Below, piece after piece: positions 11,060 through 24,434 of a stretch of 64,000 nucleotides of DNA. The stretch's first letter is position 1, and each line of letters opens with the position of its first letter. The position numbers and the translations under genes are program-made. This DNA comes from Alphaproteobacteria bacterium (GTDB lineage: Bacteria > Pseudomonadota > Alphaproteobacteria > Bin98). The DNA lies in NCBI GenBank assembly GCA_965261615.1, contig OZ253461.1, forward strand, positions 1,273,223-1,337,222, written 5' to 3'. The notes under the pieces were generated by a model. It saw only the letters and a list, made by a program, of their open reading frames with translations, did no database searches and had not been told where the DNA came from.

Positions 11060-13127
11060 TCGATTGTATCTCTTCCAAAACGTGACTTGGAACAGCTTCA
11101 TACTGTTTAAATTTCATAACAAAAGACCCACGTCCTTGAGACATAGAACGCAAGCGATTAACATACCCAAACATTGCGCTCAAAGGCACATTCGCTTGGA
11201 TAACAGCCAAACCTTTCTTAAATTCCTGCTGTGAAAGTTTACCACGACGACTACTTACATCACCCATCACATCCCCCATGTATTCTTCTGGGACTGAGAT
11301 TTCAACATCCATAATCGGCTCTAGAACTCCCGCTACAGATTCTTCCTTCACACATTGACGGAAAGCAGCACGCGCAGCAATCTCGAACGCTAAAGCACTT
11401 GAGTCCACATCGTGCGTATCACCATCAAGAAGCGTGCACTTAAAGTCCACAAACGGATACCCAAGGACCACACCTGCTTGCGCGGCAGAAGCCACACCTT
11501 TTTCAACTGCCGGGATGTACTCCTTTGGAACTGCACCACCAACAATCTTGCTTTCAAAAACAAAGCCATCTCCACGCTCAAGGGGCTCAAAAAACAACTT
11601 GATTTTCGCGAATTGCCCAGCACCACCACTTTGTTTTTTGTGTGTATAGTCAATTTCTTGAGATCGCAAAAGCGTTTCTCGGTAGGCCACCTTCGGGTCT
11701 CCCACATTAACATCCACCTTAAATTCACGGCGCATCCGGTCTACAATAATGTCAAGGTGTAGCTCTCCCATACCTTTAATAATTGTCTGACCAGACTCAG
11801 GATCTGATGCGTAAGCAAAAGATGGGTCCTCCGCCGAAAGACGTGAAATTGCAATACCCATTTTCTCCTGGTCAGATTTTGCCTTAGGCTCTACAGCCAA
11901 CTCGATCACAGGGTCAGGAAACTCCATTCTTTGCAGGACGACCGGGTTCTTCAGAGAACACAACGTATCTCCTGTACGTACACCTTTCATTCCACAAAGA
12001 GCAACGATCTCTCCCGCATACGCTTCTTTTATTTCCTCACGGTCTTTTGAGTGCATTAGCATGATACGACCCACACGCTCTTTTTTGCCAGCAGAAGAAA
12101 CCGACACCTCTCCACCATTTTGTAGACAACCCGAGTACACACGCACGAAAGACAGGGTTCCCACAAATGGGTCGTTCATAATCTTAAAAACAAGGGCAGA
12201 CAGATGCTCATCACGCTCATGCTTACGTGACACCACCTCATCTTTTGTAGGGTGAACCCCCTCTACCGGGGGAAGCTCCGCAGGAGACGGCAAGTAATCA
12301 ATTACCGCATCCAAAATCGTCTGCACACCTTTGTTTTTCAAAGATGAACCACAAAAAACTGGAAAAAGCTTTTGATCAATCGTAAGCTTTCGTATAGCCT
12401 GCTTAATCTCTTCAATGGAAATCTCAGCACCCTCGAGCATTTTCTCCAAAATACTTTCATCATGTTGAGAAACAACATCAAAAACATTCTCAAACGCAGC
12501 GTCTGCAGCGGCTTTCAGCTCTTCCGGGATCTCTTGCTCTTCGTATTCCACCCCTTTTCCTTCCGGCCACACTATCGCTTTTTTACGCAAAACATCCACA
12601 ACCCCAATGAAGTCTGACTCAGCACCAATTGGAAGCTGCAAAGGAAGCGGCTGTACTCCCAAACGGTCTATCAATGTTTGACAGCTGTGCTCAAAACTTG
12701 CTCCCTGACGGTCCATCTTGTTCACAAAACAAATACGGGGAACCTCATAGCGATCAGCCTGACGCCAAACAGTTTCAGACTGAGGCTCAACACCCTCAAC
12801 TCCATCAAAAACAGCTACAGCACCATCCAAAACACGCAAAGAACGCTCCACCTCTACCGTAAAGTCCACGTGCCCTGGGGTATCAATAATGTTCACTCGG
12901 TGATCACGCCATTGACATGTTGTCGCAGCAGATGTAATCGTAATACCTCTTTCCTGCTCCTGTTCCATCCAGTCCATAGTAGCATTACCATCGTGAACTT
13001 CACCAATCTTATGCGTACGACCTGTGTAAAACAAAAACCTCTCAGTAGTTGTTGTTTTTCCCGCATCAATGTGCGCCATAATTCCTATATTTCTGTACCG
13101 AGACAACGGTATCATCTTGCTAGACAT
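11052..13127 (-). CDS. fusA: Elongation factor G
   Basis: [21 protein letters not shown]-domain; first ATG (MSSKMIPL) lies 2 nt after rpsG stop TAG; track's GTG start at 13136 is the alternative. Confidence 0.95.
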   Translation of the reverse strand: MSSKMIPLSRYRNIGIMAHIDAGKTTTTERFLFYTGRTHKIGEVHDGNATMDWMEQEQERGITITSAATTCQWRDHRVNIIDTPGHVDFTVEVERSLRVLDGAVAVFDGVEGVEPQSETVWRQADRYEVPRICFVNKMDRQGASFEHSCQTLIDRLGVQPLPLQLPIGAESDFIGVVDVLRKKAIVWPEGKGVEYEEQEIPEELKAAADAAFENVFDVVSQHDESILEKMLEGAEISIEEIKQAIRKLTIDQKLFPVFCGSSLKNKGVQTILDAVIDYLPSPAELPPVEGVHPTKDEVVSRKHERDEHLSALVFKIMNDPFVGTLSFVRVYSGCLQNGGEVSVSSAGKKERVGRIMLMHSKDREEIKEAYAGEIVALCGMKGVRTGDTLCSLKNPVVLQRMEFPDPVIELAVEPKAKSDQEKMGIAISRLSAEDPSFAYASDPESGQTIIKGMGELHLDIIVDRMRREFKVDVNVGDPKVAYRETLLRSQEIDYTHKKQSGGAGQFAKIKLFFEPLERGDGFVFESKIVGGAVPKEYIPAVEKGVASAAQAGVVLGYPFVDFKCTLLDGDTHDVDSSALAFEIAARAAFRQCVKEESVAGVLEPIMDVEISVPEEYMGDVMGDVSSRRGKLSQQEFKKGLAVIQANVPLSAMFGYVNRLRSMSQGRGSFVMKFKQYEAVPSHVLEEIQSKE

Positions 13128-13129
13128 AA

Positions 13130-14010
<881 letters not shown>

Positions 14011-14035
14011 TTATCCTCTTAATATCCACTTAATT

Positions 14036-14064
14036 ATCTTACATTAAACTCCATGATCTGTCAA
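14036..14064 (-). promoter_or_regulatory. Sigma70-type promoter for rpsL-rpsG-fusA-tuf: TTGACA(14059-14064)-17nt-TAAGAT(14036-14041)
   Basis: Read directly on the minus strand; AAGAGGA SD follows 5 nt before the rpsL ATG. Confidence 0.6.
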
Positions 14065-14110
14065 GCAATGCAAATGACATATCTGCTTGCTAACCCCTGA
14101 TGTAGCAGGG

Positions 14111-17100
14111 CTACGCATCCACTATGCTTGACTCCTCAATTGGGTCAGGTTGACTATCACGTGGTGTCACCAACATACGGTGCCACAAACCAGTTCCTGC
14201 TGGAACTAATCGTCCAATGATAATGTTTTCCTTCAGGCCAACAAGTTGATCTGACTTACCTTCAACTGCAGCTTCTGTTAAAACACGCATCGTTTCCTGG
14301 AACGCTGCTCCAGAAATAAACGAAGAGTTTTGCAAGGAAGCCTTAGTAATTCCCTGTACAATGGCACGACCAGACGCAGGCTGGCCTCCTGCCTGAACAG
14401 TCTCTTTGTTCGCCGCTGCAAGCACCTTTCGATCGACTTGCTCCATATGAACAAAGTGGCTGTCACCCACTTCCAGTATTTCGATCTTCTGACACATCTG
14501 GCGAATCACCACCTCAATGTGCCGCGCATCAATCTCCACACCTTGCATACGATACACTTCTTGAATTGCACCTTCAAGGTAACGCACCAAGCTTTCCACA
14601 CCATTGATTGTTAAAATATCTTGCGGCAACGGAGAACCATCTACGATGTAATCTCCCTTTCTCACAATATCACCCTCTTGAACCAAAAGGTGTCGCGACC
14701 TTGGAACCAAACATTCTGCAGGAGCTGAACCATCTTCTGGGTGAATCCATATACGATACTTACCTTTATAGTCTGCAGCAATCGCAACCTGTCCTCCAGA
14801 TGGAGCTAATATCGCCATATCTTTTGGAGTCCGCGCTTCAAACAGCTCTGACACTCGAGGCAAACCTCCTGTAATGTCTCGTGTTTTGAATGTTTCTCTT
14901 GGAATACGTGCAATTACGTCCCCCGCCTGCACATGATCACCTGTAGCTGCAATTACCACTGTATCTACCTGAAAGTAGTAATCCAACTTTGTGAACTCTT
15001 TGCCTTTTACTGGCTCATCTGGCGTAATGTGAGCTTGAGGCCTCATCATAGCAGCAGCTGCATTCTGACGCCAATCTGTAATCACAAAACCACTAGAGGC
15101 ATCATCTTCCACTGTACGGGCAGAAACACCCACTTCCACATCTTTGAGCTTCACAACCCCACTGACTTCTGCTACCACTGGAACTGTATATGGGTCCCAT
15201 TCCACAAGCTTTTGTCCCTTTTTAATTTTATCCCCGTCTTTAGCAGTTAAAAAAGCACCATAAGGCAAACGAGCTTGACGACGTGTTGATCCGTTTTGAT
15301 CGACTATCTTCAGTTCGGTCAACCTATTCAGAATGATAACACCACCATCTTTAGCAACACCTTTAAGTCCTGTAATAATTACGGAACCATCACAGGTTGC
15401 TTCAATAACAGATTCTTTGTAAACACCTTGCGCCGCACCACCAACGTGGAATGTACGCATCGTCAACTGTGTTCCCGGCTCACCAATTGACTGTGCTGCA
15501 ACAACACCCACTGGCTCTCCGATCAAAACATCCTTTCTAGTAGAAAGGTCTCTTCCATAACATTTCACACAAATTCCAGTTTCAGCTTCACACATAACTG
15601 GTGATCGCACGGGAACACTTTCTAAGTGTTCTGGCAACGCATCAAGTTCCCTCTCTGAAGGCATGCTACCCTTCTTTATAAGCAACTCTTTAGTTTGCGG
15701 ACAAAATACATCTTCAGCGATAATTCGGCCTTTTATGCGCTTGGCAAGAGAAACAACTACGCTTCCTCCCTGCAACACTGGGGTCATATTAACAAACGCT
15801 TCTGTTCCACAATCATCCTCTGTAATAACACAATCTCTTGCCACATCAACCAAACGACGCGTCAAGTAACCAGAGTTTGCCGTTTTCAATGCAGTATCCG
15901 CCAAACCCTTACGAGCTCCGTGGGTTGATGTAAAGTATTCCAAAACATTCAGCCCTTCCTTAAAGTTAGAGACAATCGGAGTTTCTACAATTTCCCCTGA
16001 CGGCTTGGCTAACAAACCTCTCATTCCCATAAGCTGTCTAATTTGCGCTTGAGATCCTCTAGCACCAGAGTCGGCCATCATGTATACCGCATTAGGCGCC
16101 TCAGACTTTGTAGCAGACAGTCGGCTCATCATCACATCAGCAACCTTATCAGCACACTGAGACCAGGAGTCCACAACCTTGTTATATTTCTCTCCACGTG
16201 TAATCAAACCATCCTGGTACTGACGTTCATATAAATCCACTTTTTCTCGCGTTTCAGCAATTAAGCTTTCTTTTTGATCGGGAATAAGAAGGTCATCTTT
16301 ACCGATAGACATACCTGATTTTGTCAGCCACCAGAATCCTAGAGCTTTAACATTGTCCACAAACTCAACAACCTCTGGCGCTCCACAAAAAGTGAAAATT
16401 TTGTCAAGAAGGAAAGAAAGACTCTTCCCATTCAAAACTCTGTTAATCCACTCTTCTTTAAGCTCTGCATGACGTGGGCAGATTCTCATAAACAACATTC
16501 GGCCCGGTGTGGTTTGAGTTACACGTTGCACAGGCTTGCCATCCAGATCTAAAGTGTTGAAAACACTAGTGACCTTAGCATGTAACGCTACTACTCCAGT
16601 GCGCAACGCCCATTCAACTTCATCCACTGAGGCAAAGGCCATACCTTCTCCTAGTTGATTGTCCAACTCCATTGTTAAGTAGTAAATCCCAAGAACAATA
16701 TCTTTTGTTGGAAGTACAATCGGATTACCGTTGGCAGGACTTAAAAGGTTGTTAGATGACATCATCAACACACGAACTTCTACCTGACTTTCCAGTGATA
16801 GAGGTACGTGCACAGCCATTTGGTCTCCATCAAAGTCCGCGTTAAACGCAGCACAAACAAGTGGGTGCAGCTGAATAGCCTTTCCTTCCACCAAAATTGG
16901 CTCAAAGGCTTGGACACCAAGACGGTGAAGTGTTGGGGCACGGTTTAAAAGAACTGGGTGTTGGTGGATAACTTCCTCTAAAATATCCCAAACTTCTGGA
17001 ATTTCCTCATCAACACATCGTTTTGCCATCTTAACTGTGCTCGCTATGCCATAATGTTGCAGTTTAGCAAAGATAAACGGCTTGAAAAGCTCAATAGCCA

Positions 17101-18196
17101 TACGCTTTGGAATACCACACTGGTTCAAACGCAAGTTTGGCCCCACAACAATAACAGACCGACCAGAGTAGTCCACACGTTTTCCTAACAGGTTTTGACG
17201 GAAACGCCCTTGCTTACCTCTCAACATATCTGCAAGAGATTTTAGAGCACGTCGATTCGTTGTTGCCATACGGCCACGACGCCCATTATCCAAAAGCGCA
17301 CCCACAGACTCTTGCAACATTCTTTTTTCGTTACGCACAATAATGTCTGGCGCCAAAAGATCACGCAGTCGTTTCAACCTATTGTTTCTATTCACAACAC
17401 GACGATAAAGGTCGTTTAAATCTGAAGAAGCAAAACGACCACCTTCCAAAGAAACAAGTGGTCGTAAATCAGGGGCAATAACTGGCAGTACGCGCAAAAC
17501 CATCCACTCTGGACGAACATTTTGCTCAACAAAAGCATTCACCATCTTGTAACGACGGATTACTTTTTTACGCTTAGTTTCTGAATGCAATGTTGCAATA
17601 TCACTTTGAAGCTCTTTTAACAAAGCATTAAGGTCTACACGCTTCAAGAGGTTTTCAATTGCCTCAGCACCAATGGACGCACAAAAGGCGTCCTCTCCAA
17701 ACTCTTCTTGAGCAGCATAAAACTCTTCTTCCGTCAAAAGCTGATACTTCTGAAAAGACGACAAACCTGGGTCCGTTACAATAAAGCTTTCACATCCTAA
17801 GATACGCTCCAAGTCCTTCAGAGGAAGGTCTAAAAGCAATCCAATACGAGAAGGCAAAGCACGTAGAAACCAAACATGGACAACTGGTGACACAAGATCA
17901 ATGTGTCCCATACGCTCACGACGCACACGATCGGAGCAAACTTCAACTCCACAACGCTCACAAACAACACCGCTGTATTTTATGCGCTTATATTTTCCAC
18001 ACAAACACTCATAGTCTTTTAAAGGACCAAAAATTCTAGCACAAAACAAGCCGCCTTTTTCCGGTTTAAAAGTACGATAGTTAATCGTTTCAGGCTTTGT
18101 TACCTCACCATAAGACCAAGATCGAATCGTTTCTGGACTCGCAATCCCAACCTTAATGGCATCAAACTCATTTTCAAATTTCGACTCTCTTTTCAT
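14111..18196 (-). CDS. rpoC: DNA-directed RNA polymerase subunit beta'
   Basis: 1361 aa; [14 protein letters not shown] catalytic motif, zinc-binding cysteines near N-term. Confidence 0.97.
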   Translation of the reverse strand: MKRESKFENEFDAIKVGIASPETIRSWSYGEVTKPETINYRTFKPEKGGLFCARIFGPLKDYECLCGKYKRIKYSGVVCERCGVEVCSDRVRRERMGHIDLVSPVVHVWFLRALPSRIGLLLDLPLKDLERILGCESFIVTDPGLSSFQKYQLLTEEEFYAAQEEFGEDAFCASIGAEAIENLLKRVDLNALLKELQSDIATLHSETKRKKVIRRYKMVNAFVEQNVRPEWMVLRVLPVIAPDLRPLVSLEGGRFASSDLNDLYRRVVNRNNRLKRLRDLLAPDIIVRNEKRMLQESVGALLDNGRRGRMATTNRRALKSLADMLRGKQGRFRQNLLGKRVDYSGRSVIVVGPNLRLNQCGIPKRMAIELFKPFIFAKLQHYGIASTVKMAKRCVDEEIPEVWDILEEVIHQHPVLLNRAPTLHRLGVQAFEPILVEGKAIQLHPLVCAAFNADFDGDQMAVHVPLSLESQVEVRVLMMSSNNLLSPANGNPIVLPTKDIVLGIYYLTMELDNQLGEGMAFASVDEVEWALRTGVVALHAKVTSVFNTLDLDGKPVQRVTQTTPGRMLFMRICPRHAELKEEWINRVLNGKSLSFLLDKIFTFCGAPEVVEFVDNVKALGFWWLTKSGMSIGKDDLLIPDQKESLIAETREKVDLYERQYQDGLITRGEKYNKVVDSWSQCADKVADVMMSRLSATKSEAPNAVYMMADSGARGSQAQIRQLMGMRGLLAKPSGEIVETPIVSNFKEGLNVLEYFTSTHGARKGLADTALKTANSGYLTRRLVDVARDCVITEDDCGTEAFVNMTPVLQGGSVVVSLAKRIKGRIIAEDVFCPQTKELLIKKGSMPSERELDALPEHLESVPVRSPVMCEAETGICVKCYGRDLSTRKDVLIGEPVGVVAAQSIGEPGTQLTMRTFHVGGAAQGVYKESVIEATCDGSVIITGLKGVAKDGGVIILNRLTELKIVDQNGSTRRQARLPYGAFLTAKDGDKIKKGQKLVEWDPYTVPVVAEVSGVVKLKDVEVGVSARTVEDDASSGFVITDWRQNAAAAMMRPQAHITPDEPVKGKEFTKLDYYFQVDTVVIAATGDHVQAGDVIARIPRETFKTRDITGGLPRVSELFEARTPKDMAILAPSGGQVAIAADYKGKYRIWIHPEDGSAPAECLVPRSRHLLVQEGDIVRKGDYIVDGSPLPQDILTINGVESLVRYLEGAIQEVYRMQGVEIDARHIEVVIRQMCQKIEILEVGDSHFVHMEQVDRKVLAAANKETVQAGGQPASGRAIVQGITKASLQNSSFISGAAFQETMRVLTEAAVEGKSDQLVGLKENIIIGRLVPAGTGLWHRMLVTPRDSQPDPIEESSIVDA

Positions 18197-18202
18197 TTAA
18201 AC

Positions 18203-21200
18203 CTACTTCAGCTCCATATTTATACCAAGGGCTCTGACCTCTTTCACAAGCACCTTAAACGACTCCGGCAAATGCGTTTGGAAGTCTTGCCCACCGCGCA
18301 CGATCGCCTCATACGCTTGCAAACGTCCAGAAACATCATCAGACTTTGTCGTCAGCATTTCTCGAAGTGTGTATGCAGCACCATATGCCTCTAGTGCCCA
18401 AACCTCCATTTCTCCAAAACGCTGTCCTCCGAATTGTGCTTTACCACCCAAAGGTTGTTGCGTCACCAAACTGTATGGCCCCACAGAACGCGCGTGTATC
18501 TTCTCATCCACAAGGTGGTGCAGTTTCATCATATACATATACCCAACTGTCACCTTACGCTCAAAACGATCTCCAGTGCAGCCATCATATAAAAACTCCT
18601 GACCAGATTGGTCACAGTCACCTTTATCCAAAAGCTCAGCAATTGCCTCAGATCCCACTCTTGCGAAAACAGGAACTGCCATTGAAAGCGCTCTCTCTTC
18701 AGACATAACTTGCAGCAATTCTTCATCGGACATCTTGGAAAAGTGCTCATATTGCTGCTGCTCAAACACTTCTTTCAAAAAGTCACGTAGCACTAATGCT
18801 TTTTCTGCCTGTGCACGAGCTTGAACAACCATTTTATCGATTTTTTCACCAAGTCCTTTCGCAGCCCATCCAAGGTGCGTTTCTAGAACCTGCCCAATGT
18901 TCATACGAGATGGGATTCCCAGTGGGTTCAAAATCATATCTAAAGGCCGTCCATCTTCCAAATATGGCATATCTTCAACCGGAGTGATTTGCGATATAAC
19001 ACCCTTGTTTCCGTGACGTCCTGCTAACTTATCTCCAATCTGAACCTTTCTCTTAATGGCCACAAAAACCTTAACCATCTTAGAAACACCCGGCGGCAAG
19101 TCATCACCAATACAAACTTTATCGATCTTTTCGTGAAAAATTCCTTCTATCTTTTGAACATGCTTTTCATAAGCACGCATTGCCTTTTTCACTTTCTCCA
19201 TAACAGCACTGTCTTCTACAACAAACTGTTTCAATTGCATAAAAGAGCATATAGAAAGATTTTCTTTTGTCAGCTTCACGCCAGATTCAAAAGAGCCCGC
19301 CGAACTTTTCGCGCCCTTAACGAATACTTGGCCATCGAAAACATGCAGGAGGTACTGTCTATATCCAGACTGCAAACTTTCTCGAGCCTCTTTCAGCTCC
19401 GTTTGCAAACGCTGAACCTCCACTCCTTCAATCAAAAGGGCTTTGTCATCTTTTTCAACACCACGACGAGAGAATAATCGCACATCCACGACCGTACCAC
19501 AGACACCAGACGGCATTCTCAGTGAAGTATCACGAACTCCGTCCATCTTGTCACCAAAAACGGCCTGCAGTAAGCGATCTTCCGCAGTCATAGTCGTTTC
19601 ACCACGAGGCGTCACTTTACCAATAAGAACATCTCCTGGCTCCACATAAGACCCAACACAAACAACACCTGTGCTATCCAAGTGTCGCAACGAATGGTCA
19701 CTCACGTGTGGAATATCACGTGTGATTTCTTCCATTCCAATTTTTGTATCACGAGTAACAACCTCAAACTCCTCAATATGTATAGAGGTAAACACATCGC
19801 GATGCAGCAAACTCTCAGAAACCATGATAGAGTCCTCAAAGTTATAGCCTCGCCATGACAAAAATCCTATTAGAAGGTTGTCCCCTAAAGCAAGCTCGCC
19901 TCGATTCGTCGCGTGCCCATCCGCAAGAACATCTCCTGCATCAACGACATCTCCCACACGAACGTTTGGCCTTTGGTTAATACAAGTACTTTGGTTAGAG
20001 CGAGAGAATTTTTTCAAGTCATAGATGTCAATACCAGCACCATCATCATCACTGGATGCACGCACAACTATTCTTACAGCGTCAACATAGTCGACAATTC
20101 CGCTACGCTTAGCCAATACTGCCGCTCCCGATTGACGAACAACCTCTTCCTCTATTCCTGTTCCAACAATCGGAGCCTGTGCGCACAAAAGTGGCACGGC
20201 CTGACGTTGCATGTTTGATCCCATTAAGGCACGGTTGGCATCATCATTTTCCAAAAACGGAATCAAAGATGCCGCCAAAGAAACAGGCTGCAGAACCGAA
20301 GTATCCATTAACGTGACCTCTAAAACATGCACAATCACATACTCTGAAGCACGTCGACAGCTCACATACTCCACCGTAATACGCCCCTCACTATCTGTAG
20401 GCGTTCCTGCTTGAGCAATGGTTTCCACATGCTCTCCAAACGCAGTGTAGTAAATGATTTCATCTAAAACAGCCCCATCTTTCACAACAAAGTATGGAGT
20501 TTCAATAAACCCATATCTGTTCACACGTCCATATGTAGCTAAAGAGTTAATTAAACCAATGTTTGGTCCTTCCGGAGTTTCAATTGGACAAATACGCCCA
20601 TAGTGCGTAGGGTGAACATCACGCACCTCAAAGGTAGCCCTCTCTCGAGACAAACCACCAGGTCCTAATGCAGAAAGTCTTCTTTTGTGCGTCACTTCTG
20701 CCAACGGGTTTGTTTGGTCCATAAACTGAGAAAGCTGAGACGAGGTAAAAAACTCAGGGGTGCTAGATGACACCAGCTTTGCATTAATTAGGTCATGCGG
20801 CATAATATCCGCTTTTAATGTTCCCATACGCTCACGAACCGAGCGGTCCATATGCAACAAGCTTGCCCTATATTGGTTTTCTAGAAGCTCTCCGACACAA
20901 CGTACTCTTCTGTTACTGAGGTTATCAATATCGTCGACATCACCTTCTCCGTCACGCAACGCTATTAGCACACGCAACATTTCGATAATATCTTTTTTCC
21001 GCAATACAAAAGGGTTCTCAGCATGATCAAAGCCAAGACGTTCATTCATTTTCACACGACCAACCGCAGAAAGATCATAATGACCTTCATGGAAGAATAG
21101 TGTTTTAACAAACTGATCAGCCCCCTCAAGTGTTGGCGGTTCTCCTGGACGCAAGACGCTGTAAATATCACACAGCGCATCTTCTCGAGAAAAGTTTGAA

Positions 21201-22318
21201 TCCTCCATTACCGTATTGCGCAAATGCCAACCATAGCGCGCATCATCGCGCACAAGAAGGTTCAGCTTTTTGATGCCCGATGCCGCAATCTTTTCCAAAG
21301 CCTCTTCAGTAATGGGGTCTCCGGCCTTTAATCCGTGCTCATTATCTCCAAGATGCACATCCTCAGCCACATACAGTCCGACTATATCTGAATCATTAGC
21401 CCAAAATTTACCCTCTGCCTCTTTCAAAAGTTTCAAAGAACGAGGAAAAATCTTAACACCCTTCGCAACTAAAAGATTTTTATCTCTATCGTAAAGGGCA
21501 TGCTCAAACACTCGCTTGTACCATACATCTGGATCAAGCTCATAAAGCCATCCGTCACCCTCTTTAGAGTACTCTACAGTTTTGTAAAAAGTCTTAAGGA
21601 TTTCTGAACGACTCATGCCAGAAATATCACCTTCATCCAAATCTACATCTTCGATAGACTTAGAGTCATTCTCACTTTCCAACACCATTAAAAACGTCGT
21701 GGCTAAAAGCTTTCTTCTTCTATCCACACGAATAAACAAAAGATCACGGTGGTCAAACTCTACGTCCATCCAAGAACCACGGTAAGGAATTACGCGAGCT
21801 GAATACAAAAGTTTATCACTAGCGGAAGTTCTTCCCCCATCATGCCCAAAAAAGACACCAGGAGACACATGCACCTGAGAAATAATTACACGCTCAATCC
21901 CGTTGATAATAAAGGTTCCTTCTTCTGTCATCAGAGGAACCTCTCCCATGTAAACGTCTTGTTCTTTTACGTTACGCAAGGTACGTTCACCAGTTTTTTC
22001 GTCTATATCAAAAAATGACAGCCTCAAACGAACCATAATGGACGCTGAATATGTCAACCCACGGTGACAACACTCCTCTACGTCATATTTCGAAGTTTGA
22101 AGTTGATACCAAAGATACTCCAAAGTGATTTTCTGAGAAAAGTCAGATATAGGAAATACTGAGCGCAAAATACGCTCCAGTCCAACGTCTTCTCTTGATT
22201 GATGATCTACCTTTATTTGAAGTAATCGTTCATATGAATCTTTTTGCAGGTCACCCAAACTGGGAGTCTGTACATCCCGCAACGAGGCTGAAAAACGCCT
22301 GCGCACTCTCTTTTGCAT
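18203..22318 (-). CDS. rpoB: DNA-directed RNA polymerase subunit beta
   Basis: 1371 aa; canonical beta subunit motifs, upstream of rpoC. Confidence 0.97.
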   Translation of the reverse strand: MQKRVRRRFSASLRDVQTPSLGDLQKDSYERLLQIKVDHQSREDVGLERILRSVFPISDFSQKITLEYLWYQLQTSKYDVEECCHRGLTYSASIMVRLRLSFFDIDEKTGERTLRNVKEQDVYMGEVPLMTEEGTFIINGIERVIISQVHVSPGVFFGHDGGRTSASDKLLYSARVIPYRGSWMDVEFDHRDLLFIRVDRRRKLLATTFLMVLESENDSKSIEDVDLDEGDISGMSRSEILKTFYKTVEYSKEGDGWLYELDPDVWYKRVFEHALYDRDKNLLVAKGVKIFPRSLKLLKEAEGKFWANDSDIVGLYVAEDVHLGDNEHGLKAGDPITEEALEKIAASGIKKLNLLVRDDARYGWHLRNTVMEDSNFSREDALCDIYSVLRPGEPPTLEGADQFVKTLFFHEGHYDLSAVGRVKMNERLGFDHAENPFVLRKKDIIEMLRVLIALRDGEGDVDDIDNLSNRRVRCVGELLENQYRASLLHMDRSVRERMGTLKADIMPHDLINAKLVSSSTPEFFTSSQLSQFMDQTNPLAEVTHKRRLSALGPGGLSRERATFEVRDVHPTHYGRICPIETPEGPNIGLINSLATYGRVNRYGFIETPYFVVKDGAVLDEIIYYTAFGEHVETIAQAGTPTDSEGRITVEYVSCRRASEYVIVHVLEVTLMDTSVLQPVSLAASLIPFLENDDANRALMGSNMQRQAVPLLCAQAPIVGTGIEEEVVRQSGAAVLAKRSGIVDYVDAVRIVVRASSDDDGAGIDIYDLKKFSRSNQSTCINQRPNVRVGDVVDAGDVLADGHATNRGELALGDNLLIGFLSWRGYNFEDSIMVSESLLHRDVFTSIHIEEFEVVTRDTKIGMEEITRDIPHVSDHSLRHLDSTGVVCVGSYVEPGDVLIGKVTPRGETTMTAEDRLLQAVFGDKMDGVRDTSLRMPSGVCGTVVDVRLFSRRGVEKDDKALLIEGVEVQRLQTELKEARESLQSGYRQYLLHVFDGQVFVKGAKSSAGSFESGVKLTKENLSICSFMQLKQFVVEDSAVMEKVKKAMRAYEKHVQKIEGIFHEKIDKVCIGDDLPPGVSKMVKVFVAIKRKVQIGDKLAGRHGNKGVISQITPVEDMPYLEDGRPLDMILNPLGIPSRMNIGQVLETHLGWAAKGLGEKIDKMVVQARAQAEKALVLRDFLKEVFEQQQYEHFSKMSDEELLQVMSEERALSMAVPVFARVGSEAIAELLDKGDCDQSGQEFLYDGCTGDRFERKVTVGYMYMMKLHHLVDEKIHARSVGPYSLVTQQPLGGKAQFGGQRFGEMEVWALEAYGAAYTLREMLTTKSDDVSGRLQAYEAIVRGGQDFQTHLPESFKVLVKEVRALGINMELK

Positions 22319-22337
22319 ACTATGCCCTTAAACGCAC

Positions 22338-22373
22338 AAAAACAGGCAGAGTGAGGCACCCAGTGCTTCACTC
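22338..22373 (-). terminator. rplL-rpoB intergenic attenuator/terminator hairpin (11-bp stem, one A.C mismatch) followed by a U5 run in the minus-strand transcript
   Basis: GAGUGAAGCAC-UGG-GUGCCUCACUC then UGCCUGUUUUUG read from the reverse complement; same position as the classical E. coli rplL-rpoB attenuator. Confidence 0.55.
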
Positions 22374-22394
22374 ACCTATTAATAAAAACCACTA

Positions 22395-22769
22395 TTATTT
22401 AACTACGACTTCTACGCCTGCATCAGCAAAGGATTTCTTTGCATTCTCTGCATCTTCTTTTTTCAAACCAGAAAGCAAAGTTACAGGGGCCTTTTCAATT
22501 AAAGCTTTCGCATCTGTCAAGCTTAGGTCTTTATTAAACTTACGCAGTTCTTGAATTGCCTTAAGTTTGTTCGCTGGAGCTTTTTCAAGAGCAACATCAA
22601 ACTCTGTTTTCTCCTCTGCCGCTGGAGCCGCTGCCCCGGCAGCTGCTGGAGCAGCTGCCACTGCTTCAGTAACACCCCACTCTTCTTTCAAAGTATCTAC
22701 TAAAGACTTTACTTCTAAAATCGTCAATTGAGACAAAGACTCAACTATTTGTTCTAATTTTTTTTCCAT
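22395..22769 (-). CDS. rplL: 50S ribosomal protein L7/L12
   Basis: 124 aa, alanine-rich hinge AAAPAAAGAAAPAAEE and canonical C-terminal domain. Confidence 0.95.
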   Translation of the reverse strand: MEKKLEQIVESLSQLTILEVKSLVDTLKEEWGVTEAVAAAPAAAGAAAPAAEEKTEFDVALEKAPANKLKAIQELRKFNKDLSLTDAKALIEKAPVTLLSGLKKEDAENAKKSFADAGVEVVVK

Positions 22770-22771
22770 GG

Positions 22772-23290
22772 TTATTCTCCTTTATCAATCTTATTTCTAA
22801 ACACATTTAACATAGCGGATTGCGCACCAGTTAACACACGTACAATCCGTGAAGCTGGCGCTGCCAACACCCCAACAAGCTCCGCTCGCAACTCATCTTT
22901 CGAAGGCAAGTCTGCCAGCGCAACAAGCATCTCTTTCGGCACATTTTCACCATCCGAAACACCCGCTTTGTAAAGCAAAAGCCCTGCAAATTTCTTATCA
23001 AAAGATTTCCATGCTTTCGCAATAGAAAGCATATCAGTGCCCATTGTTAACACTGTTGTTCCCTGCAATTGAGAAAACAACGGCTCTAAATCTGTACCTT
23101 TAACAGCACAGCTCAACAAGGTGTTTTTCACCATCTGAACAGAGCCTCCAGATTCACGCACACTGTTGCGAAATTGATCAAAATCTTGCGTGTTGAGCTC
23201 CTTAGGAGCAACCGCTATCACAGCAGTTGCAGCTGACATTGAACGCTTTAAATCGTCAACGATTTCAGTTTTTCTAGCTCTTGTCAACAT
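22772..23290 (-). CDS. rplJ: 50S ribosomal protein L10
   Basis: L10-like; ATG at 23290 (MLTRARKTEIV) has a GAGGG SD 4-5 nt upstream; overlaps the rplA 3' end by 17 nt (GTG at 23302 is the alternative). Confidence 0.88.
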   Translation of the reverse strand: MLTRARKTEIVDDLKRSMSAATAVIAVAPKELNTQDFDQFRNSVRESGGSVQMVKNTLLSCAVKGTDLEPLFSQLQGTTVLTMGTDMLSIAKAWKSFDKKFAGLLLYKAGVSDGENVPKEMLVALADLPSKDELRAELVGVLAAPASRIVRVLTGAQSAMLNVFRNKIDKGE

Positions 23291-23996
23291 AAACACCCTC
23301 ACTCTTTAACGCTTGCAAATCGACTCGAAAAGATGGACCCATCGTAGAGCCTACATACATCTTTTGCAAGAACACACCCTTCACTGTTTCCGGTCGCGCC
23401 TGCGCGACTGTCTTCAAAAAGGACTCCAAATTTGCAAAAATATTCTGTTCTGAAAAGCTGGCTTTTCCTAAGCCTACTCGCAAAACACCTGCACGATCCG
23501 GACGAAACTCAACCCGTCCTTTCTTAGCCTCTTCCACCACTCTTTTTACATCAGTAGTTACTGTACCTAACTTCGGGTTCGGAAGAAGACCTCGAGATCC
23601 CAAAAGTCGCCCCAGCTTTCCAACAGAAGCCATCAAGTTTGGTGTGGCAATACACATATCCACATCAACCTTCTTATCCTGCAAAATTTGATCTACAAGC
23701 GCTTCATCACCAACAATATCTGCACCTGCGGACTTCGCTGCATCTGCATGCTCTCCGGTCGCAAAAACCATCACTCGAACCTTTTTGCCCAAACCAGAAG
23801 GCGGGTTAAATACACCACGAATTTGCTGGTCCGTTTTACGCATATCCACATTCAGAACCATACAGCAGTCCACTGTCTCATCAAACTTACAGTTTGCATG
23901 AGACTTCAGAAGACGCACCGCATCTTTCAAAGAGTGCACCTGTGAAGAATCCACCGCTTCTTTGATTGCCTTCAAACGCTTTCCTAATTTTGCCAT
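23274..23996 (-). CDS. rplA: 50S ribosomal protein L1
   Basis: 240 aa, canonical L1. Confidence 0.95.
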   Translation of the reverse strand: MAKLGKRLKAIKEAVDSSQVHSLKDAVRLLKSHANCKFDETVDCCMVLNVDMRKTDQQIRGVFNPPSGLGKKVRVMVFATGEHADAAKSAGADIVGDEALVDQILQDKKVDVDMCIATPNLMASVGKLGRLLGSRGLLPNPKLGTVTTDVKRVVEEAKKGRVEFRPDRAGVLRVGLGKASFSEQNIFANLESFLKTVAQARPETVKGVFLQKMYVGSTMGPSFRVDLQALKSEGVYVDKS

Positions 23997-24427
23997 TATC
24001 TTATCACCTTTATACCCATTGAGGCTGCAGATCCCGCAACTATGCGCATCGCCGCCTCGATACTCGTTGTATTCAAGTCCGCCATTTTATCCTGAGCAAC
24101 AGCTTTCAGGTCGTCTTCGCTCATCTCTGCAACCCAGTCACGTCCCGGAACTTGTGATCCTGACTTCAAATTCAATTGTCTTTTAATCAAAAATGACATT
24201 GGCGGACGCCGCAACACAAATGAAAATGTCTTGTCCGCATAAGAAGTAATATCTGCTGGAATCAACGTTCCCGGAGCCTCTTTGCTTGTGCGGTCATTAA
24301 ACTCTTTACAAAAGGCCATAATGTTGATCCCTCTTTGACCTAACGCAGGACCAACCGGTGGTGATGGATTAGCCTTTCCAGCCTCAATCACCAGTCGAAA
24401 AACATCTGTTACCTTTTTTCCCTTCAT
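23996..24427 (-). CDS. rplK: 50S ribosomal protein L11
   Basis: 143 aa, PPVGPALGQRGINIMAFCKEFN signature. Confidence 0.95.
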   Translation of the reverse strand: MKGKKVTDVFRLVIEAGKANPSPPVGPALGQRGINIMAFCKEFNDRTSKEAPGTLIPADITSYADKTFSFVLRRPPMSFLIKRQLNLKSGSQVPGRDWVAEMSEDDLKAVAQDKMADLNTTSIEAAMRIVAGSAASMGIKVIR

Positions 24428-24434
24428 AAATCAC

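Noticed and set aside
11051-11101. 17-aa N-terminal extension on tuf copy 1 ([17 protein letters not shown])
   Set aside because: In-frame read-through of the fusA 3' region; copy 2 and the canonical EF-Tu start (MSKEKF with AGGAG SD) fix the start at 11050
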